The notes: a model not told the origin generated them from the letters alone. A stretch of 64,000 nucleotides of DNA from Monocercomonoides exilis PA203 (GCA_001643675.2 LSRY02000013.1:186001-250000), one strand, 5' to 3'. Numbered from the stretch's first letter, positions 10,846 through 25,500 are shown. Numbers and translations: made by a program.

Positions 10846-12529
10846 ATGGACGAGCAAATATTAGAGGAAAAATTGCCAATAGATGATTTTTTGAAAATGC
10901 ATACGGCTTATGATCTTTTACCAGAAAGCGGAAAGGTGGTTGTGATTGATGTTGGTCTTTCCATTAGTAGTGCCTTTCAGGCTCTTGCTGAAAATGGTTT
11001 GTCGCATTTACTGGCTTTAAAAAAATAGTGTGTAAATGGTTTGCTCGTAGGAATAACTTCTGCTCCTCTATGGGATGGAAAACGTCAAGAATACAGTGGA
11101 ATGCTAACTGTGACCGATATGGCTGAACTTTTAATTGAATTCTACACATTTCTGACAAAAGAGGAATTTGAGACAAGTTTGGACATTGTCACAATTAGAG
11201 AATGGAATCGAACACGTCGTATGAAGCCTGTTGTTAAAAAAACAGAAGGCTCAGGAGGAACAGTGACAGAAGAGAAACTTCAACTTGCCCGTTTGATTGC
11301 CTTTCATTTTTTAGTAAAGGATATAAGTAATTTTTGTAATTATCACTATTAGCTCGCACACCACTGATATTTGTCCATCCTGAAGCATCGTTATACGATA
11401 CTGCAAAGGCACTTCTCGCACATCACATTCACAGGGGTCCGGTTTTGGACACTGATACAAACACCGTTCTCCATGTCATTACTCATGCAAGGATCATTCG
11501 CTATCTTGTTTCTCATGTTTGTTTATTATTTTTTTTCAAATAGTTTGTGAAGTCTTTTTTAATTGTTACTGTTTGATAATCAGTGGAAAAGTGATCGTCG
11601 GCTCTTACAACGTACAATGTCATCGCTTGGCATAGGCGTTTTTGCGAAGCTTGGAAACCAGGAAGAGACAAAAGACAATTCTGAAGAAAGTCCAAAAGGG
11701 CAAGATGATGAAAAGCCAGAGAACAAAGAATTTTTGTCAGGCGAAGAAAAATCATCATCAAGTGAAAATGATCCAAAGAAAGAAGAGAACGCAGACGAGG
11801 CATCAAAAGCCAAGAAAGAGCAGAGAGAGTCGCAAGGCGACGAAGTGGTGTGTGTGTCGTCGAGTGCGACAGTCATTGAAGTTCTGCGGCTGATGCAGCG
11901 GAAGCATCTGTCGGCTGTGCCTGTTGTTGAAGGCGTCGGCTGTGAGAAGGAAAACGAGATGGTTCCACGTCATCTGCAGGCGAAGTGGAAGAAGGAAGCG
12001 GAAGAAAAAGAGAAGGAGAAGGGGAAAGAGAATGAAGGAGTAGAAGAGAAGAAAGAAGAGAAACAGAAAGAAGATGAAAGAGAAGCGGAGATGAATGCGA
12101 CGAGCAGCAATGGAACACGAAAGAGAGGGAAAGTTGTGGGTCTGTATTCTCTTTCAGATATCCGCTATCTTCCGTTGCATCGTCTTCACTCGGCACTTTC
12201 GATGAATGTGATGCAAGCTCTACGTACAAGACGAGGATTAAATGTATGGCTTTGTTTTATTAAAATGTGACTTCTTTTCTTTTCTTTTCTTTTCTTTTCT
12301 TTTCTTTTCTTTGTATTTTCATTCATTCATTCATTCATTCATTAATCAGATCCCTCCTCTCATCGATGGCCAGCCGAAAGTGCACACGTGCCACCGGAAC
12401 GACAAGCTGGTGGATGTGCTGAAGATTCTGGCAGGCAACAACATCCACCGGGCAGTTGTTGTTGACGACGAAGGGTGTCTCGACGGCGTCATCTCAGTCA
12501 ACGACATCCTCCGCTTCTTCACTTCATAA
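10846..12529 (+). CDS. SNF4: AMP-activated protein kinase gamma subunit (SNF4), 4 CBS motifs, multi-exon
   Basis: FLKMHTAYDLLPESGKVVVID, AFQALAENGITSAPLWD, YSGMLTVTD, LIFVHPEASLYD...HIHRGPVLD...LHVITHARII, VHTCHRND...IHRAVVVDDEG..DGVISVNDILRF. Confidence 0.93.
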
Positions 12530-13559
12530 TGGTTGTGTATGTACTCTGCTCCATTTGCTGAAGTTTTGTTTTTGCTTTGTTTTTGGTTGTCATTATAAGT
12601 AAATAAATAGTTATTTTTTGTTGCGAATGAAGTGAGATATTTTTCTTTTTATTGAATCTTTACATTTATTAATCAGAATCAATGAATTTCGTATTGTCAA
12701 GTTTGTTTCTCATAAATCAATCATCCATCTCAATTATCGTAGTTCTCTTATCTCCTTCATTCTTTTTCGATTTTCAAATTTCGTTAGAAGATTTTTGGGT
12801 CACTTCAAGCACTTTTTTTGTTTATTTGAATCATAAATAGAGCAACATCAATTAGAACTATTTGTCAAAAGAAACATATAACTCAAACTTTTTTACCATA
12901 AAAAATCAGAAAAGCCTTATAATGAGTTATTCGCCGGAACGCTTATTTTTGAGCATTGTTCATTTTCGTATTTGGTTCTAATAAATGCTTTGCAAATGCA
13001 ATAGTTATTCCTCGATTTTTGATTGTGTTTTCTTTTTCATAATATGAATTTCTTGTTTTTTTTTTTTTTTTTTTTTCAAGTTTCGACAGAAAAAATTTTT
13101 TGACTCTGTCTGAAACCAATTCGACAAAGAATTATAATTTTCGATTTTGGCATCGAGTGTTTCCAATCACTTCCATTTTTTTGTATTGAGTGAAAAAAAT
13201 ATTTATAAAATGCTATCCGATTTCATCAACATTTTGATTTTTTGGAGATAACCTCTTTTTCCACCAACAGCAAAAAACACCGAAAAAAATAAAAAAGATT
13301 TTCAAATTGGTGTTTTATGTTTTAATTCTATTGAAAATTTTCAGTTGTTTAGTATTCATTCAATTAAAACAACACAAACTCATTAATCTTAAGATCAAAA
13401 ATTTAAAAAAGCGCTATTCATTTTAAAAAACAATGAAAGTTAAAAAGTTTCATTTCTTAATTTCTAGTTTGATAATTTCAATAAAATAATAATAAACAAT
13501 GAAATGAACCGACGTGGAGATACAGTTAAATACAAGAAGCGATATTTAATTAGACTTTC

Positions 13560-16500
13560 TCATTGATCCTCAGTTTCATCATGCGACTCGTCATCAGCAT
13601 AGATTTCTTTAGGCTCCCTTTCGTATTCTTCATTTGTGTCAGTCTCCTCATCCTCACTTTCAACATTTTTATGATTTTCTTTTGCGTTTCCCCGCTTTCC
13701 TTCATCTCCTTCACCATTATCTTGATCTGTTTCCATCTCTTCATAATTTTCTTCTTCTTCTCCTTCTCTTTCCTCTTCTTCATCCTCCTCCTCTTCTTCT
13801 TCTTCTTCATGCCTTCTATCTTGTTCTGCAGCGGACTCCGCATCTGTTTCTGCATCTGTTTCTGCTTCTGCTTCAGATCCAGCATTTTCATATGAATTTG
13901 CTGTTTTCGTTGAGAAATGTCTGTCTGATGAAGATTTCGGAGTGGAATATTGCCATCTTGATTGCGATTTGTATTTCAATAAATCTTCATCCTTTTCGTC
14001 TGAATTTTTGCCTTCATTGTCTTCTTCATTGTCTTCTTCTTCTTCTTCGTCGTCGTCGTCTTCGTCCTTATCATTTTGATAGAAACGAGATTTTGCAGTA
14101 TTTTCCCACCTGTTCAAGTCATACTTTTTGTATGTCGATCTTCCTTTTTCTTCTGTTTCACTGTTAGCATTCGAGCTACGTGAGCTTGTTTCTCCTTCTC
14201 TATCTTCTTTTTCTTCTTCTTCTTCTTGATCCTCCTCTTTCTCTTCCAGTTCTGTCATCTCTTCCATCTTTGCGAGTATCTTCCGAAGCACCTCAACAAC
14301 CTCCCTTTGTAGCTTCTTTGGATCTGAAAGCGCCTCCTTCAGCGCTACAATCGTCCCCACTCTCTGCCCAATTCCCCCTGATATCTCCTGAACAATGTTC
14401 TTCTCCCCAAACGCAAGCACCGCATGCCCACAGCTCTTCCTCACATTCGCGTCTGTGTCACACAGCCCCAGCATGATTGCTCTGACTGTCTTCACTCCCA
14501 CATACTCCAGCCCAGTCGCCGCTGCCGAGCGGATCAGGCCAGACGAGTCGCGCAGCAGCCCTTCCACAAGCAGCAGCTCGCCTTCTGCCCCACACTGCGC
14601 CAACACTCTCGCTGCCCGCTCTCTCACCATCCGGTCTCTGTCACGCATGAACGGATAGATTGTAGGCAGGAAGTTCTTCATCTGGAACTGAGGAAGAATA
14701 GCCACACGGCTCACTCCACCCAGAAGCTGCTTTGAAGGAGCACGACGCCTTCGACGGGTGCGTGTGGTGCTGCTTCTGATTGGCGTTCCTCTTTCTGCTC
14801 TGGCAATGTAATCATCATCATCGTCCTCTTCATCATCACCACCACCTTCAAATGCATTCTCGTCGTCTTTGCCATCTTCATCTGCATATTCGCTTGCTGC
14901 CTTCGTGACTCGTCTGAGCATCACTCCCAGTCCTTTCACAGCTGCTCGCCTGACAAGCGGCATAGGGTCGTGACAGGCGCCGTGCACAGCAGACACAACC
15001 GCCTCGCTCGACTCTGTTGTGTTGATGTCCACTCTGCTCAGCCCAAACACCACAGCCGTCCGCAGCTGCGACGAAGGCAATGAAGAAAGAGACAAACCAA
15101 GTTGCACCAGTTTCCTCTGCCCAGCCTGCGACATGCAGCCAAGCGTGGCTGCGATGTGATTGCGACTGGCTGTCCCCTCGCGAAGCTGCTGCACAAGCGG
15201 CTCAATGGCACATTGCAATGCCTGTGCAGCTGGTAGACGCCGATCAACGAGGAATTGACTTCGGAGCATTTGCTCTCTCGAACGGCTTCTTCGTCTTCGT
15301 CTTTCCGTCTCGTCTTCGCTTTCGTCGTCTTCTGATTCGAAGTCTTCTTCACTTTCAGCCAACGGCAGAGGCTCAGGGAAGAAGGGTGAGTAGACAAGGA
15401 GCACAGAGGCAGCTGCTGTGAGAGTGGGGAACTTTCCTCTCTCCACCAGGTCGATCGTTGAGAGATGGCCAAACTGATCGGGATGGAAATCGCATGTGCG
15501 CGACAGCCGGCCGAGGGACTCAACAGAACAGAAGCGCACTTTCCAGAAGGAGTCCTTCAGACTGCGGATCAGCTGGTTGGTGATGATGGCAAGCAAAGGC
15601 TGTGACGATAAAGCTGAAGAAGAAGATGCAGACGCTGATGATGTCGTTGATCCAAATGTGCCAGATGAAGAAAATGCTGACGTTGAATCGAAGCTTCCAG
15701 AACTTGTGCGCGTTCTGCTCTTCGACGGATCAGCTACAATCCCGTTTCTCTTCACAGTCAGCACAAATGGCCTCTTCGCATCTTTCTTCTCCGTCCATCC
15801 TTTCAGCGCCTCTTTCCTCATCCGCTCGTCAGCTGCAATCACATCCACACCGCCAAATGAGCCCAGCGCACGTGCTGCAGCTTCTCTCACTTTGGCGTCC
15901 TTTTCATCGTTCAGTGCAGAAAGCAGGGCGCCCACACACATCCACGCGGACCGGCAGCCGAGATCGCCCAGTGCCAGACAGGCTGATGCTCTGACGAGAC
16001 TGGGAGATTGAGGAGACAGACAGCGGGTAAGTGTTCGGATGACAGCGAGGGAGGCTGGCTCAGGGAGAGAGGCAGTTGTTGTGGGAAGGGAAGAAGAAGA
16101 TGAGGAGGAAGATGATGATGATGAGGCAAATGGATTTGTCATATCGAACTCACCTGAATCGCTCAGCGAATTCTCTTCCTCTTCTTCTGAGTGATTCTTC
16201 TTCTGCTCTTTCTCTCTTCCGCTTTGAGGACGAGTAGTCGATCGAACAGGTGTTGGAGTTGTCAGAGGATGAGCAGAAGGTTTGTGCAATGTTGAAGCAA
16301 ATGAAGAAGAAGAAGAAGAAGAAGATGATGATGATGATGAAGCAGAAGAGCCATTTGAAGGCCGCTGCGGAAATCGGATTGGAGAAGGTGTTCGGAGATT
16401 GTGAAATGAGGGAGGTAAATGAGAAATCGACTTTGTTCGCCTTTTGTGCCTCTTTTCATTGACACTTTTTCCTTCTTCTTCATCTGAACCATCGTTGCTG

Positions 16501-18403
16501 CTCTTCTCATCTGTTTTACCTCTTTCTTCCTCTTCTTCCTCTTCCTCTTCATCATCCTCATATTCCCACTCAGCTGGTTGCGGATGCTTGTCAAACGCAC
16601 CTTCCAAAATCGACTGCCGCAAAAGTGTCAAAAACTCGCGCGGGTCAATGATCATCCCCAGCTCCTCCACCTCTTTCCCGTCTGCCCCTTTCCTCTTCTG
16701 CTTCGTCGCCACCATCTGCGGCGGATCGCTGAACCGCTTTATGTCTGTCACATCCACATAGAACTTGACCTTCGGCTTGTTGAATCGGGAAGTCCGGCTG
16801 CTCTGGGAGTTGCGAGCTGTCAAAGTTGGGTGCGTTCGCTCAGCCCACGTCTCTTCTGTTATCTCTGCGGTGAATGGCGTTGAGGCAAATGCTGAAGAGT
16901 CGAACTCTTCCACGTCTATATCTTCTTCTGCCCTTTCAGCGCTGTCTCTCCCGTTTTTCGGCAGAAAGCCCAGTGCACGTGCAGCAGCTGCCTTCACACG
17001 GGAGTGGTGATCTGACTCCAGAATCTCAACCAGCGCCCGCTCGCCTTCCTCGCCCACTTTGCGGAGGGTAAGGCCGAGGCGCAGCCTGTCAGCCGCTCCG
17101 AGTATCAGACACGTCTGCAGCTCACCCACCATCTCGCGCCAGACTCCTTCTCCCATCCCTTCCACCACCTCAATCACTCCGTTCTTCGTCTCGTAGTTTC
17201 CTCCCCGCAGCTCTTCAATAACTGCTGGCAGAACGACAGTCCTCTGGATCTCTGTGTGATTGGCCATGTGCGTCAGCACAAACGACTCTAAATCCGCATC
17301 TCTGCCTTCAGCCACAGCCGCTGCCAATGTCTCAATTCCATAGCATCCCATTGCAATCATCACATCCACGCACAGCCCTCGCAACGCTCCTGTTTGAGGA
17401 GAATGAAGCATTCGTGTTAGAAGAGGAAGAGTGGGAAGAGAGAAACTTCGTAATTGGCCCAAAAGATATAGACCAATTCCAATGACACGAGCAGACTCTG
17501 TTTCATATGATTCCAACAGTGAATGAACGGCATTCACAACTCCTCCTCCAATCTTACGCTTTTTTCTCTTTTTTTTCTTGTTTTCATCGTTTGAGATTCG
17601 TCTTTGTGCTGATTCTCGCACTTTGCTTTCATCAGCATTTTCATCTGTATCATCATTTTCCACTTTTTTATCATTTCTTTTTTCGAGCTCAAGATCTTCG
17701 TCACCTTCTTCATAAAAAGCAACACTGAGAGGCGATAATCTACATAATGCACGTAATGACCCGTAGCGAATTTCCTCTCGTTTATGAGTCAAAAGTGACA
17801 AATAAAATGCAATCTTTTCTGAGATTGAAGATGCAGATTTTGGATGCACAAAGCTAGATGTGGTCGAAACAAAAGATCCAACAGAAGATCTTCCAGTGTT
17901 ATTTCCATCAAATCCTTGAAGCTCTTGCTCATTCCTTTCTTCATCATTATTTTGCTCTTCTTGTAAATTTCGCTTTTGTGGCTTTGAAGAAGGTGTAATA
18001 AATGTTAGATTTTCTTTTTTCGGAGACCCCTGTATTGCAACTCCGCTCAACGCTCCGGGTCCTGAAATCAGACATATAAAAGGAAAAATAAATGTTATGT
18101 CATTTAAGAACAAAATCATTTTTTTCCATGTTCAATGAAGCACAAACCAACTAGAGGAACATGTGTTGCACTTCTAGTTTCCATCAATACTCGCTGCATG
18201 ATTTTTGTTGAAGTCTTGCTGACAGGAAGTGGGGTAGTCGGACCATATGATTTTGCTTTTGCTGGAAGGCGCTCAGGTGATGGTGAAAGCGAAGGATTGT
18301 ATAATCGACGAGGAACATTTTTTGGAGGATAGCTAAACTGGCCTCCACCACCCGTTCCTTCGTCAGAACAAATTGGATCCCCAACAAATTTTGAACCAAA
18401 CAT
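13560..18403 (-). CDS. Large HEAT/PBS-lyase-type repeat protein with Ser-rich linkers and a long acidic C-terminal tail; function unknown
   Basis: Long ORF with repeated D...VR.AAA.ALG motifs (SRVKAAAARALG, AKVREAAARALG, PLVRRAAVKGLG, RMVRERAARVLA). Exon 1 from ATG 18403 is spliced near 18150-18063. Confidence 0.75.
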
Positions 18404-18539
18404 TCAATTACGAAAGATGGGAATTATTAATATTTCTCAATTCAAACAATTTGCATTTCCAAATAATGCAGTGATTGTTATTTAACAAGAATTCATGCTT
18501 TCATGTTTGATCTTAGAATTTATATATTTATTTGGTCTT

Positions 18540-21370
18540 ATGGATGAAGATTTAATCTTCAAAGAACTTGCTTATGGATCGTCAGCTGCGTCAAAAAAAG
18601 ATGTAGCTTTGCAAGCCTTATTTGTATGCACACAATACATGAATGTTAAAATTTTTAAAATTCTATTTGTGCTGCTTTTTTGTTTTTTTCAAAATAGCAA
18701 TCAAAAACAGATGACGAACAGAAATTTCCTCAATTCATTCCATTGCAACAGAAAAAGCAATCTAATTGGATTGATGATGATATATTTTCTCCAAAAGCTG
18801 ATTCGAAAGTTGAAGAACCTGCGCCTCAAAAACTTTTACCATTTTTGCAACGTTTACCAGCTCTTTCATCTTCAGAGGTATATCATTTTTTTCTTTACTT
18901 TATTGTGTGTGATTTTTTATTTATTTAAGATTCGAAGTCTGAGAAAAGATCAGAAAATTCATGTTGATGGCTCATCTATTCCTACTCCTATTCGAATGTT
19001 TGAAAAGTATGAACAGCAAATTTTTTATTTCGTTGATGTTACTGATTGATGATAGAGTTTTTCCAGCTTCTCTTTCAGAGATTATCGCAGCTAACCGATT
19101 TGAAACTCCAACGCCAATTCAAATGCAAGGGATACCTGTTCTAATGGCTGTGTGAACTTTCTTTCATTTTTTTTTTTTTTCATTTATCATCATAATTCTT
19201 AGAAAAGAAATTTGATTGCAGTTGCTCCGACTGGTTCAGGAAAGACAGCTGCCTATCTTCTTCCTATTATTTCATCAATCATAGAAATGAGAACACAGAA
19301 AAAAACTGAGAAAGAGCTTAATATTCATCCATTACGAGCTGTAATTATTGCTCCTACAAGAGAACTCGAAAGACAAATTCTAGAGACTGCAGCCGAACTG
19401 TCTCGAGGGTATTTTTATTGGAATTCTTCTTAATAATTCAAAGAACAATTATTGAACAATTACATTTAGACTGAATATAAAAGTCTCTCAACCTAAAACA
19501 AAAACTCAGAGCGTAGAAAGAACGCACTCATCTTCCACAACTCCATCTTCTTCGACCAGCAATGTTCTGTTCACAATTCCAAAAGGAGCGAATATTGCTG
19601 TGTGTTCTCCTCACTCAGCATTCCAACTGGTGCGCCAAGACAACAACGTCTTCTCAGCATTAGACTACGCAATATTTGACGAGGCAGACAAGCTGTGGGA
19701 CGATTCGTTCAAAGACAAGGTGTGTTTTTTTGAATCGGAGACAATATTCACATGAAATACTTAACTCAATCTATTTCTTTATCTCTTTCTCTTTCTCTCT
19801 CTATTTCTGTTTGTTTGAAGGCTGCTGTCATATTGTCTGCAGTGCAACGATCTTCGTTTGTCAGCTGCGGGTTTTTCTCAGCAACGATGTCTGAATCAAT
19901 CATGTCAATCCTCAAGTCCCAGCTGGATATGCCAATTGAGATGACAGTTGGAGTTCCGTGTGCTTTGCTTTTGAGTCTACTTGTAATAATTCCACATCTA
20001 AATGCTGTTATACTGCTTTTACTCACTTTCTTTGTATCTTTTTTTTGACTGTTTTTGAAAGGTCAACAGCTGCCGAGAATGTGATACAAGAGCTAAAGTA
20101 CTGTGGGAATGAGGAAGGGAAGTTTATTGCGCTGAGAGATCTGCTGGAAGGAGGAGGAACGCCTCTGCTTCCTCCGATTGCTGTGTTTGTGCAGAGCAAA
20201 GAAAGATGCGAAGAACTGTGCGCTGCTCTGAAAGAGGAGCAAAGGAAAGCAGTGATGCTGCATTCGAGTCTCACTAAAAGAGAAGTTTGCTCATTTTTGA
20301 CTATTATTGATGCTTATGCTTTGAATAAAACTTCACATTTCATTTGGGGAAAATTCAACAAACTGCTTTTGAAACAATTGTTTTCATAAACAAAACAGAG
20401 TGATTATGCACTGGAATCTATTCGAAATGGATCCGCGTGGATTATTGTGGCCACTGAGCTGATGGCTCGTGGGATGGACTTGCGTTCTTTGAATGCTGTC
20501 ATCAACTACGATTTCCCTCAGTCGGTGGAGTCTTATGTCCATCGCATAGGTTTGTGGCTATTTTTTTATCGATTAATTAATAGACATTCCTGTTTTTCTT
20601 GAATCTTCTCAAACTGAAATGTGGGGTTTCTTATATTCATTTTGTGAATATTATTTATCCTTTTGATGATATGTAAATTTGTTTGTTTCTTCTCTTTTCA
20701 ACACATAAGGGAGGAGTGGAAGAAGAAGAACAGGATATGCAGTAACATTTTTCACTGAAGAAGATTTTCCTTCACTTCCTATGATCGCAAATGTGATTAA
20801 GCAATCGGGCGGACATGTTGAGGAATACATGCTTCATCTAAAAGAACTGACGTTTGCCTCCAATTTGTGTTTTCTTTATGTCAATTGCTTTTCGTTTCTC
20901 GACCATTTCAAACAATTTGTTAATTTCCTTCTTTCAGCGCGGATGAGCAACGCAAACTTGTTGTTGCACCTCCAATTCGTGATGGTATAGCAAAGATAAC
21001 TTCGGTGAGAGTTCCACAAGCTCGATGGGAACGCCTCAAAGCAGACGCGGAAAAAAATAAAATGAAGTTTAAAAGAAAGAAAACAGGAACATCCAGTAAA
21101 AAAAGAGCACCTGAAAATTTGAGGAGGGGAAGAAGTGTAGATAGGAAAATGAGGGAGAAGTTTGATAAAAGAAAAGACAGCAATCTTCGAAGTGATGTGA
21201 AATCTGAGGAGGATGACTCAGATAAAATGCAAAAAATTAAGCGAATGAATGTTCGTTCTCCGTCTTCTATTCCATCTCACTTTTCTTCGCCAAGAAGATC
21301 ATCCAATCCAAAGAAATATAAGGAAAAAACAAATGAAAGCTTAAACCAAAGAAAGAGGATGAGAGATTAG
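18540..21370 (+). CDS. DDX52: DEAD-box RNA helicase DDX52/ROK1, multi-exon
   Basis: Q motif [67 protein letters not shown] (DDX52 signature), MARGMD, HRIGRSGR. Confidence 0.92.
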
Positions 21371-21844
21371 AAGTATTTATTTTCAACATTTCAAACACTT
21401 CTCCATTTTTCGTATTTTTTAATCTTTTGTTTTAAACTGATTTGCCTCAAAAAATCAAAAGAAAAACGATTGAAATAGAATTAAAAATAATTTTTACACA
21501 GTTTACTGATATTATTCACAATCAAAAAAAGAAAATGTTCATTGAAGTTCTCTCCTTTATTGGAGCTTCCTAATTCTGGAGTTGGACAAAACAACGGATG
21601 TTTTTCAAAAAGTTGACAGTATTTCCATAAATATAGTTTAAAAATTCTCATTTTTTTCAAATATCATTGCAACTTTAAGTCAAAGATCACTAATGATTGT
21701 TAAAAATGAAACTTTCATTATTAGTGATTAAAATATCATATTTTTCATTAATAACACCAAAAATCAGTTGCTTCTGACGACATTTCTTCAAAGTGATCAA
21801 TTTCGATATTTTTCTCGATCATTAGAGTTTTAATTTTTGACATA

Positions 21845-22240
21845 CAGATATTGCATTAAATACCGGACATCGCACAAAATACCGGACAAGATCGATTTCA
21901 CAATGACAGCAAGAGGAATAATTTTGACAATTTTCCTCCAAACACATCTCATTTATACAAACTCAATTGACAAACGAGACTTTTGAAATAGCTTCATTTG
22001 TGCTCAGAAAAAATTATTTTTAAAATCTCACAGAAACTCAAAATCCAATTTCTCCGAGATTTTAAAAATAATTTTTTCTGAGCACAAATGAAGCTATTTC
22101 AAAAGTCTCGTTTGTCAATTGAGTTTGTATAAATGAGATGTGTTTGGAGGAAAATTGTCAAAATTATTCCTCTTGCTGTCATTGTGAAATCGATCTTGTC
22201 CGGTATTTTGTGCGATGTACGGTATTTAATGCGATATCTG
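21845..22240. mobile_element. Fold-back/MITE-like element family A, copy 1 (185-bp arms, 26-bp spacer)
   Basis: 21845-22029 is the reverse complement of 22056-22240 with 2 mismatches by eye. Termini CAGATAT...ATATCTG. Second copy at 36492-36849. No clear TSD. Confidence 0.85.
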
Positions 22241-22359
22241 TGTTCTTTTTCGAAATCGAATTATTTTTTTTCGAATATGAATTATTTTTGGTGTATCCCC
22301 CCAAAATTTAAAAAGTGATAAGAATTATTTGCATCTGTTGCAGTTTGCGATGAAAAACG

Positions 22360-22398
<39 letters not shown>

Positions 22399-22556
22399 AC
22401 GGAATTTGCGTTGCCAGATTTTACGCAATAATGCCGAACAATTTTCAAAGCTTTACAGATTGTTCTCCAACATTATTCAATTTATGAGTAATTAATAATA
22501 ATGGTCAAACTGATCCACCCATTATTTAAGTATGCAAACAAACGATTGTTAAAAAA

Positions 22557-25500
22557 ATGATATTCTCTTTGTTTTCAGTTTGTTTCATATTTATTTTCTC
22601 TTTGAATATTATTGAAAATGTCGAATGCCTCTCATCTTCGAAATCTTATCCAATGCCTTCCTACTATCATCACAATTCACACATTTTTGATTTGCTGTCT
22701 CTTCAAGATTCAATCAATATTCAAGAATCACATGGAAAGTCTGAATGTTCCATGAAATCTCAATTTACACTGTTTAATTCATCGCTCATCATCAATGATG
22801 CATCCTTCTGTCAGAATTCATTTTCCTCCACTTTCAAATTGAAACTCGCATCCAACTTGTGTTTGCACAGTTGCAGAGTGCTATCAAATAATGATTGCAT
22901 AGCTTCACAAGTATCATCCTGGGGAGGCTATGTGGAGTTATTCAATTTCTCAATAGCATCACACACACATGTTATTCAGCACCCTCTAACAATGAATTGC
23001 GAAGAAAGCTCATTATTCATGCTGCAATGCAAAGATTGCACTTTCAATTCATTGACAAATATTCATGTTTCTTCATTTTTGGCAACTGGCCATGTCACAT
23101 TTTTTGTTGCTGATGGATGCAGCTTTTTAAACATTTCTCACTCGCCCTCCCTTCCACATCGCTTCACATCACATGCCACCCCATCAATTTGGAATTCGTG
23201 CCTAATCCAGAACTCAAAATTCTATTCATGCCCCAACGCCCAATTTGGAGTTGTTGTCACACCAACACAGAATCTGATGATGATAATGAACACTTCATTC
23301 TCCCACTCTTCTGATACTCACTCCCCGACAAACGGCTCCATCAACAGCTATTCTTCAGGAGATGTTGTGGCATATTCAGTCCATTTTTCCAATTTGAAAG
23401 ATTCAAATCGAATTGGTTTGGCATTTCTCATCAATGGAAATGCCACTTTGAATGCGTCATTTTGCTTGTTCGAAATGATAAATGCATCAAAAAACGCTAA
23501 TACTGTATATGGAGCAGCTGTTAATCACGAAGGTGATGGAGTTCACTATTCAAACAAATGCAATTACACAAATTGTTCCTCTGGATATGCAGCTGGAGGA
23601 TTATCTGCCCGTTCATCATCATTAGAAGTTGTAACCTCTTGTTCCTTCGATAAATGTGTTGCTCAATTTTATTCTGGGCTATTCTTTTACAGTGATATCG
23701 GAGATCATTTATTCGAAATGAACACCTTTATGAAGTGTGTCGCCACGTATCACACAGCAGGAATAGGAATCTGTTTTTCCTCTAAGAACTTAAGAATATC
23801 AGAATGTCTTATTATTTTATGTAATTCGTCTACAGTACATGGTGCAGTTTCTTTTGTTTGGGAACGTGAAAGTATTTCAGGCATTATTGCAAAGCTGGAT
23901 TTTTGTTTCTTTGAAAAAAACACAATAGGAAACACATCTTATGGTTGTGATGTCTCGACTGATTCATCCTATTATAATTCAAAAGTTACAAAAGAATCTT
24001 TCGTTCACAGTTACTCCCTGAGCGCTTGTCCAATTCGAGTGATGATTGATACTGTTGATCACAGTGACTGGCTTGGACGCCCTCCATCAACCATCCCAGT
24101 TGTGTTCGTGTCATCTGTGTTTGGCAACGATTCTCGAAGTGAATGTGGGTTCGGAGGCTTGCCCTGCAAAACAATCGAAAAGGGAATTAGCAAAAGAGTC
24201 CGTTCACAGCCGCTAGTGATTTCTGAAGGATCATATATCCACGGAACGATTCCTGTTGATGAAATGAACGTGAGTTTGAGAGGCTGTGAATTCGAAGAGT
24301 CGACACTGACTTCCAATGCAGTTGGTGATGGAAAAGCACTGTTTTCAGTGTCATCTGGCATTTTGTCTGTTTCATATTTCACTGTGGTGCACACTTCTTC
24401 GAATTCGAATCCACAATCATCTGTCTTGATGATGAGTGGGAGCGGGCGAGTGACAATACAATTTTCAACAATAAAGGGAGAAGCATCCCCAGCAACGACT
24501 TTTTCAACTCCTTTGATGATTGTTAATGGGGGTCTGGCAGAACTTGCTTCTGTTTGCTTCACAGCATTCAGCAACGAAAAGCAACTGATATCGTTTTCCT
24601 CTCCAAATTATCTGAAAATGAGCGATGTGACTTTCAACACAATCACTCGACAAAGCGGAAATGGCGCAATATTTGAAGCACAACTTTTGGATGGAAATGA
24701 GTTTTGCTTGTCAAATGTTTCTTTTGCAGATTGCTTGTGCCTCAGAGGAAACGGGGGTGGGATGCAGATACACATGGAACGTGGATCATCGTTTTCAATA
24801 GGAAATGCATCTGACAAAGGAGCGACAGCCAAGATGAACAACTGCAAGGCCATAGGTTCTTTGGTGAGTCCAGGCTGTGGAGGAGGATTGCTCATAAAGC
24901 TTGACAAAGATGCAGACAACTTTCTTTTGAAGCAGCTGGCGTTTGAAGGGTGCATAGCCGATCGGGGATACAATCTATTTGTCGATGCCTGGCAGCTGGA
25001 CAAACTGATAAACGCCACAACCCTTGAGTTTGGGCCAGGACGCAATGATCTTGATGGATATGCTGGATATGAGAGATCAACAGCTGGAGAAACATTGTCT
25101 ATCCCTCTTGTGGTTTATCTGTGGGATAACATGTCTGTATTTGCACATGTTGGTGGAGAGAAAAGTGCAGATTTCAGCAGGTGCGGGTATTCTGAGTTCC
25201 CATGCTCATCAATTATGTCTGCAGTCTCTCTTTGGTTCAAAGGCAGCAACCGTTTTGTTGAGCTTCATTCTCCTTTTTCCCTCAGATCTGAATTACTTCT
25301 TGATGCTTTCGAATGGACAATAATGTCAAGAGTTGGCAAAGTGACGATTGGTCTGGACGAATGCAATTTCAGCGGTGGACAAGCAGGGATGATTGAAACA
25401 GTCTCAAAGTCGGCGCTTACAAACTTTTCTTTTGCACTGCCAAAGAGCATTGGCTTCAAAGAGGCATTGATTGTGTGCAAGTCTTCTTCGCTGAGTGTCA

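Noticed and set aside
12530-13550. 1-kb convergent spacer as a possible snRNA/ncRNA locus (Sm-like TATTTTTG near 12944)
   Set aside because: No U1/U2/U4/U5/U6, tRNA or rRNA signature recognised, and no spliceable ORF found.
13550-17752. Many overlapping antisense or alternate-frame ORFs here and across other long genes
   Set aside because: They are shadows of GC-rich or low-complexity coding sequence with no independent motifs.
21845-21900. Repeated AAATACCGGACA units as a CRISPR-like array
   Set aside because: Only two tandem units per arm, no unique spacers, no cas genes, eukaryotic context.
22133-22318. 61-aa ORF in the track
   Set aside because: It lies largely within the arm of the fold-back element and has no protein features.
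22241-22397. A34 tract as a SINE/retrocopy tail
   Set aside because: No TSD or pol III boxes, and long A/T runs also occur in ordinary introns and spacers (~13056, ~48925).
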